Of a stretch of DNA of 32,000 nucleotides, positions 11,067 through 20,999 are shown piece by piece. Every line of letters begins with the position of its first letter. Position 1 is the first letter of the stretch. Origin of the DNA: Candidatus Saccharimonadota bacterium (lineage in GTDB: Bacteria; Patescibacteriota; Gracilibacteria; Absconditabacterales; Absconditicoccaceae); assembly GCA_030429145.1 (NCBI GenBank), contig JAUIDC010000001.1:900001-932000 (forward strand), in the 5' to 3' direction. The notes under the pieces are model-generated. The model did not search any database. It was given only the letters and a program-made list of their open reading frames with translations, and was not told the origin of the DNA. Made by a program: the position numbers and the translations under genes.

Positions 11067-13063
11067 ACGACCGACTGTCTAGTAGGTAAATTGTCTGTCT
11101 GAGACATGTTGTTTTTTATCATATTTGCTTGTAGCATAGAGGCCGACGCATTAGCAGTAGATCCCATCGCTCAGTTTCCATACTCTCACGGAGCGACGTT
11201 TCCGATCGACATTCATTGCTCTGTGAGTCTTGACTCTATTTCAGAGAGAACCTTCTCTTTGACTTCTGTATTCTTGCAACTCTGGAAGCAGATATAGTAT
11301 GTGAACAGATCTATACCAGGCTTGAAAAGATTTTGTGGCATCTCGTCGGAGTTGATCATTCTCTTGTATATCATCGCTCTCCTCTCATCCGGTAGTAGAG
11401 GGTAGCGAGCAAGAATTTCTTCTCTCGGAGTACCATTCAACTTCTCGATCTCTCTGCACATCATGATTTTTGAGATCTTTGGCACTTCTGGATTGTTGAG
11501 GACAATAGGCTCTCTTGCCGTAAGGTAGGCAAGACGTGGTTTTGCATCCTCAAGAGCTTGTTTCCTAGATATCACTTTGACTTTCGTCTCGAGTCCTTTC
11601 TCGATATCTTCTCTATTGATCTCGAGCTCTGCACCGATGAGTCAGTTTCCAAAATTGGTATATTTCTTCTCGGTATCAGACATGTACTCCAGCAGACTTC
11701 TCAGCCATATGATACGCCAGAAATCTTCTTCTCCGAAACCGATGATCTGTGCATCGAGTCTGAACATGAGGTTTGAGTTGACTTGCTGTTGCTTAGCTTC
11801 TCAGAGAGTCTGGTTTGGTCAGAAAGGCAATCACCTATTAGCAGCCGAGTATCATGTTTCCGACTGTATCTCACGATCGAGCCTGTCAATCATGTTAGTA
11901 GTATTGCTATCTCACTTGTCTGCATCGAGAATATGGATGGCCTGACTGAGAGATTTCCCATCTTTTGTCCTGGCAGGAACGATCACAGGTCAGTTCTGGT
12001 TTCTATCTTTCAATAGATCGCTATTTGGGATGAGATCCATGTCAGCAAGGATATGACGGAAACCTGCGTTCTGTTCTTCTTTTATGATCAACAAGTTCAT
12101 GAGCTTGTTCTTCGCATCTTGGCCTCCGATGGCAAGTTCTGCGAGTCACATACCAGTAGGATCTGCATACAATGGGAAAAGGTTTGTGTATACAACTGGG
12201 AAAGGTACTTTGAGAGGATTTTTCTTTTCCGCCTCAGTGAGAGGGACGATTTCATTGAGTCTATGGACTGTTTTGAAACCAAAGCTGACAGTGACTTGGT
12301 ATTTTCTACCTCTGAACACCTTGAACCACTCGATCAAATTGACCTCTTTATCATCTGCAACAGTCATATTGAGTGAGCGTTGCATATCGCTCTCCTTCGT
12401 GATTTCATCACAAATACCTTCTGGTATCGCATCAACGCCATAATAGACTGGAGGTTTCCCTTCATTTTCCGCTTGTGCATTGATAGCCTTCAATCTTGCT
12501 TTTGTGATCCTTGTAGAGACTCACGTATAGTCATAATCGTTGAAGCGCGTTGTCTTCTGCATGTATACAAACTTTGGATTGATAGTATCAAAGATCGGCT
12601 CTTTGATATATTCATCCCATCACATTTTGATGCGGGCAGAGACACCATAGAAACCGACGTCTCGCACATGTTGAAAATCCTTTCTATGTTTATCCATCAA
12701 GACTTGAGAACGCTCTGCCATCTTCTGGAGTCTGTATGCGTAATCATCAAACCAAAAGTCTGTGCCATCGAACTCAACGCCGAGATCCGCCTCGAAATAG
12801 TTTGAACAATGAGCTTTCATATGTTGATGCAGGACGTGCAATTTCACTAGATCATTCTCGGCAACCTTTGGATTGGTATATTTCTTCTCGTAGGTGATCC
12901 AGTCTTTCTTTTTGTCACGCATAAAATCCTGTGCGTCGAGGAATTCTTCTTTGATCTCGTCAAGAAGCTCCTTTTCAAGTTTCTCGTCTGCCTTGATCTG
13001 CTCGATCGTGATAACCTCACGAATTCTTTTTGATCTCTCAACGGGGGTACTGATCACCTGCAT
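11060..13063 (-). CDS. 667-aa portal protein candidate.
   Basis: A single frame joins track ORFs 12620..13063, 12146..12493 and 11213..11575, with 14 in-frame TGA. ATG 13063..13061, TAA 11062..11060. Its size and its position immediately downstream of large terminase are as expected for a portal. No motif-level confirmation was possible. Confidence 0.6.
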
Positions 13064-13092
13064 AGAGTATGGTTCGGAGTAAATATGACAGA

Positions 13093-13120
13093 ATTATATG
13101 ACGGAACACAAAATTATCAA
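13093..13120 (-). promoter_or_regulatory. Sigma70-like promoter upstream of the portal and structural genes.
   Basis: Minus-sense TTGATA (13120..13115), 16-nt spacer, TATAAT (13098..13093), about 30 nt upstream of the portal ATG. Confidence 0.5.
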
Positions 13121-13134
13121 AGATGTGCATGCAC

Positions 13135-13160
13135 TAAAAACAGTAGGTATAACCTACTGT
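13135..13160 (-). terminator. Rho-independent terminator downstream of large terminase.
   Basis: Minus-sense 9-bp stem ACAGTAGGT-TAT-ACCTACTGT (13160..13140) is followed by TTTTT, starting 8 nt after the terL TAG. Confidence 0.6.
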
Positions 13161-13167
13161 TCAGAGC

Positions 13168-14832
13168 CTACTCGTCTAGTTCGTCCTCATCTATCTCCAT
13201 AATCGATGATTTGTACTTCTTTTTGAGTTTTTCTTTATAGCTACCAGGCGTGAAAGGTTTCTCCTCTTTCACACGAGTCATCCACTGCCCTTGTCATCAC
13301 TCTGGCATTGTTCTCACCTTGCTCTCCTCTTTGAAGCCTTGGCAACAGATTGCATCGGCCATCACAACGTCGTCGTGACAATCTTCTTCTGCTTGAGGCT
13401 TTTTATTTCTCACCACAAACGTATACATCTGATCGATAAGTTCTTGATCTGCATCGATCGTCCCGTTTTTTATCATCTCTTTGTGCTCATCCAGCATCAT
13501 TGGCCTAGTGACAGAGTTTGTATCCCGACCGATCTTGTCATATACTTTGTCTGAGTCTTTTTTCTGTTTCATCTGGTACGTGATGATATCCCCATACCGA
13601 GAATAATCCTTTGAAGCATACAAAAATGTGTGTCAATGATTGTTTCTCTCCGGTAGTATTGTTCATGTGATGCCTTGCTTGTAAACATGATCAACAACAT
13701 CACACATTTCTTTTCACGGCTCTCTATTCCCCTGATACGAACAGATCAACTCTCATTTTCTATTTCTGACTCTCATCACACTCTCATCTCCGTGATCTAA
13801 TCACTCGGCAAAGTCCAGCCCAAATACTGCATCTGCCTCTGGAGTCCTGATATATCGGATAAGTCATTCGATTTCCTCATCCTTTTCTCAGACGATAGGC
13901 AAAATAGATCTCACGACCTCCAATGGATAGAAAGGCTTACCAGAGAAAATGAACGCATCGCCAGGCTCACTTGGGTATTCTTGCAACGTACCTTGCGGAT
14001 CATCCTTGTATTTTGCTATATATCGTTTCAGCTTTCTATCTGACAGCTTGAGTCTTTTCTTGAGGTGCTCAAGTTCTTTTGGCAACGACACTTTCTCGCC
14101 AGGCAAAAGATCAGACTCGTAATCGTCACTTGTCCACCATGGCACAAAAGTCGTAGCAAATTGTGATCAGATCTTCTCGTGATTGTTCTGCCACAGAGCA
14201 TGGAACTCATTCATACCATTCGCAGTTGTCTCCATTGTAAGGTTTGAAAATTCGAGTGCAGGCAGTGCACCTCTGAGTATCTCTTTGAGTTTCTTGTAGA
14301 AAGCGACCTCGGTGAAGTGCGCATCGGTAGGAGATCCAGATCTCGCGTCGAGTGTGATCTTGATCCTTGAGTTCATTGATGGAAAGTAGTACTCACGTTT
14401 GTTGTCGTACTTTGGTATAGGTTTTCTCCATTTACCATTTTTTGTGACAATCACATCGGGGATGCGCTCATACATAAGTTTGAGCCTCTGGAAAATTTCT
14501 TCTGCTTTCTCCCTATCGTGAGCGACGATAATAGCATTAGTATCTCTATAGAAAAGACACTTATCGAGTTTTTCAGCAAGTTTGTACGTCGTAAATCATA
14601 TCTGTCTGGCCTTGAGGATAATATGCCATACCTTTCCGTACTTCTCTTTGAGAGTTTTCTCTTTGAAATATAATGCACATTGCTCTTTGTTGAGCCTCAT
14701 CCTCACGAGCTTTTTACTTCTCAGATCTTGGATATGATAGAGGTGGTTCAATCTTCGGAACTTGTTCAAAAGTTTAGGCTTCGCCTTTTTGAGCAACTCA
14801 TTCTTTGTGCCTCTATGCTTAGGTACGACCAT
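13168..14832 (-). CDS. terL: Terminase large subunit, 554 aa.
   Basis: One frame joins track ORFs 14596..14832, 14167..14475, 13888..14145 and 13297..13623 across 11 TGA. N-terminal ATPase signature LKARQIGFTTY, whose Gly is a TGA, followed by AIIVAHDREKAEEIF. C-terminal nuclease-like FGLDFAEGLDHGDESVMRV and HDDVVMADAI. ATG 14832..14830, TAG 13170..13168. Confidence 0.85.
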
Positions 14833-15305
14833 TATTCTTCGAGTTCTTCCTCAGTAAATATGTTGACAGTAAGTCATGGATCTTTCACCCTTCACTTGAC
14901 CTTATTGTATTCTGAAATACCTCTCATCTTTACTCATAGATCAAAGTTCTGTAGTATGATCTTTGCATGTTCTTTATCTACTGCCTCATCGGTGAACGCT
15001 TCTTCCAGTAATTTCTCCAATCTCCTCTTTATGTCAGCATTTGTCATCAGACGTCGTGCCGAGGTTCTCGCCGAAGCGTACTTACTTTTGTCTTTCTTGT
15101 CTATCCCGTATGCCAGTAGATAGGCCTGCGTTGCGTTGTTGAAACAACCAGGCATGGATGTGAAATAATAGCAAAATAGCTCTTGCCTGATTGTCAGGCC
15201 ATTCTCCGACTTCCCTCCTGCATCTAACTTCGGTAGACGTTTTTTCGGTGCTACCTTCTTTTTAGCAGGAGCTTTCTTTGCGACTCTGGTTGGTTTTTTT
15301 ACCAT
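14832..15305 (-). CDS. terS: Terminase small subunit, 157 aa.
   Basis: Basic N-terminus followed by LTIRQELFCYYFTSMPGCFNNATQAYLLAYG, matching the typical terS helix-turn-helix signature (LT.kQ..F...Y....N.t.Ay..AGY). It reads through TGA at 14934, 14892 and 14874. Its TAA shares one nucleotide with the terL ATG (TAATG). Confidence 0.7.
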
Positions 15306-15320
15306 GATATCATATGATTT

Positions 15321-15512
15321 CTAAATAGACGTTCTGTTATCCTCGATAGAGAAAGATATGCGAACAGATTTTCCCTCGACGGTTTGTGCGTAGTGGATAG
15401 TCGTCGGGAGATCTGACCGTTTGACCTTCTCTGTTACCAAAATCTTCACTATATTGCTTAGCGGATCTGTTATCCTTGGATCTGCATACTTTTCCTTTTC
15501 GTCTTTTGCCAT
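15321..15512 (-). CDS. 63-aa hypothetical phage protein.
   Basis: ATG-to-TAG ORF directly upstream of terS, same strand. Confidence 0.4.
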   Translation of the reverse strand: MAKDEKEKYADPRITDPLSNIVKILVTEKVKRSDLPTTIHYAQTVEGKSVRISFSIEDNRTSI

Positions 15513-15526
15513 AGTTTGACTAATAC

Positions 15527-15763
15527 TTATTTTTCTAAAAGAGAGATATCAACATCCGCGTCCGCCTCCAGCTCCGCCAGTTTGTCCATGATCTCATTTT
15601 TATCCTTGAGATCCATGAGCTCCTCCCTTCCGTCGTGCACTCGATATAGTTTGCTCGGATACGACACGTGCTGGATCAGTAGGATGCTCTCCTGCCGTCA
15701 CGCTCTCCTCATCTTCGTTCTGACTCTGATATAATATTCTTGGAGATTGAGTCTTATTGTCAT
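15527..15763 (-). CDS. 78-aa hypothetical phage protein.
   Basis: ATG 15763..15761, one TGA at 15698, TAA 15529..15527. An alternative upstream ATG at 15832 is in the same frame. Confidence 0.35.
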
Positions 15764-15980
15764 AGGGGAGAAGTGTATAATATAAAAAGGCTGAAACGTT
15801 ATGATGATTGCTCTGTACCTATACTTGCTCATGATTTGCCAGACATTTTGAGTCACGGATCAAATACTACGAGCGCCTGACGGCCACACCTATCGGTGTG
15901 ATTTATTGTTTTCTGGATAGTCCATATCCCAGATAGTGCTATGTAATGCGATTATTGAATGTCTACTATCCAGATCATGA

Positions 15981-16445
15981 TTATGGCTGATCTGTGATGA
16001 GTATCCCCTCAAGATGATCAAACTCATGCTGGATAACCCTTGCGTGATAACCGTCATATAGCCTCTCTTTCTCGTTCATATGTCCATCTATGTGCACCAT
16101 TCTGATGCCCCATGGTCTGACAACATTTTTCACGACTCATGGCTCTGAGAGACATCACTCACGGTCTCCCACAACATTCTCTGATCTCACGGTGATAATT
16201 GGATTGATGAAAACACCTCTGAGCTTTTTCCCGTTTCTCTTGCAAGAGACAACAAATCATCTCTTTGGTATTCCTATCTGAGGCAAAGCAAGTCACACTG
16301 CACGGTGAGAGCTCGAACCCTCTATCCAGTCAAGCATTTCTCGTAACTTTGGCAAATAGATATGCATCTCTCACTCCTCTATCTCAGTGCATTTCTCTCT
16401 CAAGATAGCATCTCAGTCATCTCATAGTCTTATGATTTTGAACAT
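15981..16445 (-). CDS. def: Peptide deformylase, 154 aa, embedded in the phage block.
   Basis: All three PDF motifs can be read in order: HRAVGLALPQIG (motif 1), EGCLS (motif 2) and QHEFDHLEG (motif 3, HExxH). There are 7 in-frame TGA, including the conserved Gly of motif 1 (16295..16293) and of EGCLS (16157..16155). ATG 16445..16443, TAA 15983..15981. The gene is invisible in the standard-code ORF track. Confidence 0.9.
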
Positions 16446-16469
16446 ACTCGGTCTGTAAATAATAAATGA

Positions 16470-16703
16470 TTACTCTCCCCCTTCCTCGTTGGTTGGTAGT
16501 CTACCACCATTTTGCTGAGAGGTCAAAATCTTTAGGAGCTCATATGCTACCTCCTCTTGTCTCTCATACTGGTAGTACAATTCCTGATTGTTCCTTGCTG
16601 AGGGAGACATTTTGCAAGACTGGATATCTGATATCTTTTTCTGCATCTCCTCTGGAGTTTGTATGTCCTCGAGGCTTGCCTGTCGCGATGGTTTGTTCTG
16701 CAT
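16470..16703 (-). CDS. 77-aa hypothetical protein.
   Basis: ATG-to-TAA ORF from the track, same strand as its neighbours. Confidence 0.4.
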   Translation of the reverse strand: MQNKPSRQASLEDIQTPEEMQKKISDIQSCKMSPSARNNQELYYQYERQEEVAYELLKILTSQQNGGRLPTNEEGGE

Positions 16704-16816
16704 GGGGTATCGTATAAATAAGATAAAATCAGTTGCTAATTGTCAGTACAATCACCGACATCACTATCCAAGTCCTCCGGTATGACTTACTATGGACTCA
16801 TCAAGGGAGTCAGTTC

Positions 16817-17161
16817 TTACCATGGACATGATGGTGGGATAGGTTTCGATGCTTGTCTGCCATTGATGTCTCTGAGATTATAAATGGTTTCCATGAATTC
16901 CCTCGTGATCGATATTTCCCTTGTATACATGAGTTCTCCGTTGTTGAATACCCTATCCCTGTCTCGCTTCGACTCGTAGTACTCGATCCTTGCTATCCTT
17001 TTGTCGTAGTAGACGAAGATTTTCACCGATCATGCTTTCTTGATTTTATGAGGCAACGGTGCAAACTCCTTTTCTATGTCGCTATTGCCTGGTCTATTGC
17101 ATTTGCATTGCGGAGGGAACTCTGTCCCAAAGTATTCGTATGATTTCTTTCTTGTTGGCAT
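16817..17161 (-). CDS. 114-aa hypothetical protein.
   Basis: Track ORF 16817..17026 extends upstream through TGA at 17030 to ATG 17161..17159. Sequence begins MPTRKKSYEYFGTEFPPQCKCNRPGN. TAA at 16819..16817. Confidence 0.4.
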
Positions 17162-17202
17162 TGGTCTATGGACAAATGAATAGATAAAACCGTACATTGA
17201 TT

Positions 17203-17383
17203 TGGAGAGGTAGAGAATTGAACTCTACAAGTGCCATCTAACTATATGGGTGAACCGTACCACGGTGTGGTGGAAGCATACGGAGACGCTTTACCCGTAA
17301 TCTCCCTCTACCTATGACTCTATAGCGTCTGTTATGACATAGGATTGGCATATAGTCTGTGCGTTTCATTCCGCCACTCTCCA
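17203..17383 (-). ncRNA. tRNA-like structured RNA candidate: acceptor-like stem and canonical T-arm enclosing an insert of about 100 nt. Identity unresolved.
   Basis: In minus sense, 5' TGGAGAG (17383..17377) is complementary to 3' CTCTCCA (17209..17203). Directly 5' of that 3' strand is the hairpin GTAGAG-TTCAATT-CTCTAC (17228..17210), whose loop fits the T-loop consensus TTCRANY. After the 5' strand comes TG-GCG-GAATGAAA-CGC-A, which looks like a D-arm. An 8-bp helix ACTATATG/CATATAGT (17356..17349 with 17248..17241) replaces an anticodon stem and encloses further hairpins (CCTATG...CATAGG, GACGCT...AGCGTC, GGAGA...TCTCC). It lies in a 250-nt intergenic gap. No standard cloverleaf or anticodon loop could be drawn. 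Confidence 0.3.
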
Positions 17384-17410
17384 GATCAAGGCAAAGCCCT
17401 GATCACTCGT

Positions 17411-17689
17411 TTATTGCTTTGATACTACGATATAGTTTGGTTCTGGTTTCGTGAAGGCCTTCACTGCCTGCATAGCACCATTTTCAAAGTCTGTTATTGC
17501 TAACGATGCGTTTCTATTCGCATCTGGGTTGTTGCTCTCCGATCTGAACTTGTTCAACTTGTCGATCATAGCAGCAGCGAGAGCTTTGATCTCATCTACG
17601 TCTCTATTATTACTTGGGTTGAATGGTTTACCCACGAGGTACTCCCCATAGGTTGGTTGTTGTGCATTTGTTACGTCTTCGTTTACCAT
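17411..17689 (-). CDS. 92-aa small helical phage protein, possibly Acb2/Tad1-hairpin-like.
   Basis: ATG-to-TAA ORF with no TGA. The pattern ...VDEIKALAAAMIDKLNKF...NRNASLAITDFENGAMQAVKAFTK matches, from memory, a widespread small phage family (V..IK...a.lID.l ... R..alA.T.lE.a.MwaVKA.T). It is the first gene of the minus-strand block, next to a strand-switch region. Confidence 0.35.
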   Translation of the reverse strand: MVNEDVTNAQQPTYGEYLVGKPFNPSNNRDVDEIKALAAAMIDKLNKFRSESNNPDANRNASLAITDFENGAMQAVKAFTKPEPNYIVVSKQ

Positions 17690-17927
17690 CTGTATGTGTG
17701 AAATAATAAAACAGCTACAAAGCCAAAATCAAAAAACACCTGACAGTCTTTCGACCAGCAGATGTCTCATGCAGTTTTTCCATATACAGAAATTACCGCT
17801 CTTTGAGCGGGTTTGTCTAGCAACAACTACTCGCATATTATAGGTTACATACCAAGAGTCAATACCTTGTTGAAAAAATCTATTTACTTTTTATGTAAAC
17901 TGACTAGAATATCAAAATTATTTATAT

Positions 17928-18167
17928 ATGACTCAAACAATGGATAGCAAACAAGCATATAGCAAGGCATGGAAAGCAGTGAACAAGCCGAAAACCAAGA
18001 AGTATCGAAAGAAATACTATCAGGAAAATAAAGATACGATCCTCGAGAAGGCGAAAAAGAGACCAAAAAAAACATTCACTGAACAAGAAAAACTAGAAAA
18101 GAGAATAAAAAACAGATTATATATGCAAAAATATAGAGCAAAAAAGGCTAAAGAAAGCCAAAAGTAA
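17928..18167 (+). CDS. 79-aa Lys-rich basic protein.
   Basis: ATG-to-TAA ORF from the track. Repeated K/R-Y motifs (KKYRKKYYQENKDTILEKAKK, YMQKYRAKKAKE). Function unknown. Confidence 0.45.
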   Translation: MTQTMDSKQAYSKAWKAVNKPKTKKYRKKYYQENKDTILEKAKKRPKKTFTEQEKLEKRIKNRLYMQKYRAKKAKESQK

Positions 18168-18422
18168 GAAAACAACAAAAAAAGTCTATTTATTCTTGCA
18201 ATCTTACAAAAAAAGATTATACTGAGTTATGCTAAATTATCAGGGAAGGAAATCGACGACAGACTGTTCGATCCATCCCGTACGATAATACACGCATAGG
18301 AAAGCCAAAAAGATACGATCATTAAAATTCCCCTTGCAATTAGAAAATAGCTGACTAAACACTCGGTCAGTTGTAGTCTCTTTTCATACGTAACTCTAAC
18401 CTATATTTTCTCCTCGCTTTTC

Positions 18423-18446
18423 ATTGATTTTTCGCCAAAAATCAAT
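18423..18446. repeat. Perfect 10-bp inverted repeat, a palindromic operator-like or hairpin element.
   Basis: ATTGATTTTT-cgcc-AAAAATCAAT, about 100 nt upstream of the 18546 ATG. No adjacent T-tract on either strand. Confidence 0.5.
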
Positions 18447-18545
18447 AAAAAGCAATAGATTTTATGTAAAAATGGCTTCTGTATGCGATTTCAGATATCC
18501 TGAATTAAACAGATAGAATGAAAACAACAAAACGTCACTTTTCTC

Positions 18546-19622
18546 ATGGATGCGCCGAGTGAGGACATTGTGAGGGACTTTTGCGGTAAGAACAGTATGG
18601 CCATCTTTGAGCTTAAGCCACTGCAGTGAGAGAAAGAACAGTTTGGAAAGATCATTGCCAAGGTAAAGTATGATAATGCTCTCTATAGTTTGGTTGTTCC
18701 TTTTGAAAAAGCTAGAGATGCATTTATGTTTCTCGTCAAAGCATGACTACAGATTGCATACATCAACAACCTCACCCATATGATGAACGACGAGGATGTT
18801 GCCATGGTCTTGAAAAAATTACAAATAGAATATAGCGAGGCAAAGAAGAAAGCCGAAGAAAAACATCGTCCTAAAGAAAATACCAGAAATGTTGTCCTCC
18901 AAAAAGACCCGGAACTCGAAAAGATGAGACGCATTGCAACGCAGGCTGTTGCCGACATGGAAGAGGTCAAACAAAAGTGATCTGGCTGAGGATTTGCTCA
19001 AAGAAGGATGAACGAACTTAAAGATCTTGAAGAAGAACTCAAGAAAGTAAGGATGGGTTCTAACATACCAAAAATGCGCTCGCTCATCAGTGATGCCTAT
19101 AAGATGATGGAAGAGATAGAGATGATGTATCTCGATCAGCAGAAAGCTGCGGAAACGATGCTTATCGCCGACTCTGTCATCACTCACCTTGACCTCGTTC
19201 GTGAATACGAGAAATATGAAAAAGCACAAAAAGTGAAGAAGGGAAAACTCGAAAAGACTCCTTCCGATATTTATTATATTTTTTTTGGGAAACCCGGTAT
19301 TTATCAAAAATTTTTAGGAAAGGATTTTGAAAAGAAATTTTCCAACCGAGGAGCTCTTCTCTATAAGAGTATAGACTATATGGTCTTATTTGTCTTTATG
19401 TGTATCGTATGGTTAACTATAACCTCGCTTTATCAGCACTATGTCCTACAACAGGAGGTGTTTTTCTTTGCATTTGTAGATTTTGCACTCATCGGACTAC
19501 TCCTCATTGCTATCAATAAACTAAAAAAACAAAATCCAATTCAAATATTGATCTTATCGATTATCGCTGCTTGCATCTACTTCCTCATCAGATACCTCCT
19601 CATTAGTAATTTTGCTTTATAG
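18546..19622 (+). CDS. 358-aa orphan protein with a soluble coiled-coil N-terminal part and a C-terminal transmembrane bundle.
   Basis: One frame joins ATG 18546, track ORF 18780..18980 and 19008..19622 across TGA at 18627, 18744, 18978 and 18987. No in-frame TAA or TAG was found on checking. The C-terminal hydrophobic segments are YMVLFVFMCIVWLTITSLY, FFFAFVDFALIGLLLIAI and ILILSIIAACIYFLIRYLLI. Confidence 0.6.
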
Positions 19623-19646
19623 TTTGTTCATTCTTTTCTATTATCC

Positions 19647-20996
19647 ATGGCATTACTTCTCAGTGTTGTTTCTATAGCGTTTATCTTCTACTTTTTTTCT
19701 ATTAGTGCATGGATCGTGTGACTATTGCCACTCCTTTTCTGCATGCTCTTTATCTACAATGTTGTCTCACGTAAGCACACAGGTGGCACACTGAAACAGT
19801 TCTTCAGTTCACAAAGCTTCCTCATCGCACGATGATTGATACTGCTCTGAATATTCGGCATACTGAGTTTTGCAGGCATAGACTACTATCTGATAGGGAT
19901 CATTCTTATCATGACAAATATTGTCGGATGGATTATTTCTCTCCTTTGAGACTATAATGACGGAAAAAATATCTTTCATATAGGCTACTATATGTCCATG
20001 GGTATACTCCTTCGAAATGTGGCCTGAACGCAGCCTTGGATGACTACGCTGGCTCTCATGCTGATGTTGCCAATCTTTACCTTTGGTATCTATAGTTTTG
20101 TAGTATTCGTGTTGAGGATCTGGGCTCCAGTAGAAAAAGAGCGGGAGTCTATGACGTTTCTTCTCTTCCATATGATGATCATCTCATTTTTGATCCAGTT
20201 CTTTATGCACAATCTTTTCATCGGCCTTGCACTTTCACAGCTTTATCTCCTACTCCTCTACTTCACTATCTCTTTTGTACAATCCTATGCCAAATGGGAT
20301 TTCGATCTTCCTACGCCTGACGTGCGCGAGATACTGGCAGGGAAAACTATTCTTTCACGTAAAAAACCACTCAAGATAGAGACACTCCTCTACTTTAACA
20401 AGTTTGTACAACAGATACCTTCTTCCATCAGGACAGCCTTGAGTGGGCTTAATATCGTTATTATCCTCTGTATCATCTACTCGTTTTTTACGCTCGGGAA
20501 CTCAGGTTCTATCGCTATGCAAATACTCTACTGGTGTAGTATCATCGTCTTTTTCATTAACTTTTTGCTCCTGAAGAAGATCCGCTTCAACTACAAACTC
20601 CAGAGATATAGCGTCTTCTTTATCATTCACTTTGGCGTCTATCTCGGTATAGCTCTCGCTGCTGGATATCAGACACTTACTATGGCACTGTGTGGTATCG
20701 GACGAAGTATCATTAGTTCATGACTCATTTTCTATTCTGACTTTATGATCAGAAGAGGTATTCTACAAAAAGAAGACTACAATTACCGAATTGGGGCAAA
20801 TGTGGTCAGCATTATCATTAATATTTATTTACTGGCAAGACTGAGTCTTCCAGTGGAACTTTGATTTTCTATCATCTTTTTCTATCTTGGTATTGGCTTT
20901 TTCTTGACGCTACAGACAATCAAGTTTGTGAAGAATACTTATCCACCGACATTGACTATCGAAGATATCCTCTACAAGATGGGACATCACGAGTAG
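19647..20996 (+). CDS. 449-aa polytopic integral membrane protein of unknown family.
   Basis: ATG 19647 to TAG 20996..20994, with 7 in-frame TGA. It contains track ORF 20040..20723. Hydrophobic helices occur throughout. It starts 24 nt after the previous gene. Confidence 0.6.
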
Positions 20997-20999
20997 CTA

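Noticed and set aside
15885-15900. Hairpin CACACC-tatc-GGTGTG downstream of def as a terminator.
   Set aside because: The T-rich tract follows it only on the plus strand, where no gene ends. On the coding (minus) strand it has no U-tail, so I did not call it.
17203-17383. Calling the structured element a tmRNA or a standard, suppressor or class II tRNA.
   Set aside because: At about 180 nt it is far shorter than known tmRNAs, lacks the GGGG... 5' end and G3-U70, and I could not find a convincing tag reading frame. No 5-bp anticodon stem or 7-nt loop can be drawn, so no anticodon can be assigned. It is kept only as an unresolved tRNA-like candidate.
18683-19307. Minus-strand ORFs 18683..18970 and 18819..19307.
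   Set aside because: They lie antisense to the 358-aa plus-strand gene (18546..19622), whose frame is continuous and ends in a coherent TM bundle. The minus-strand translations look like reverse-complement artefacts.
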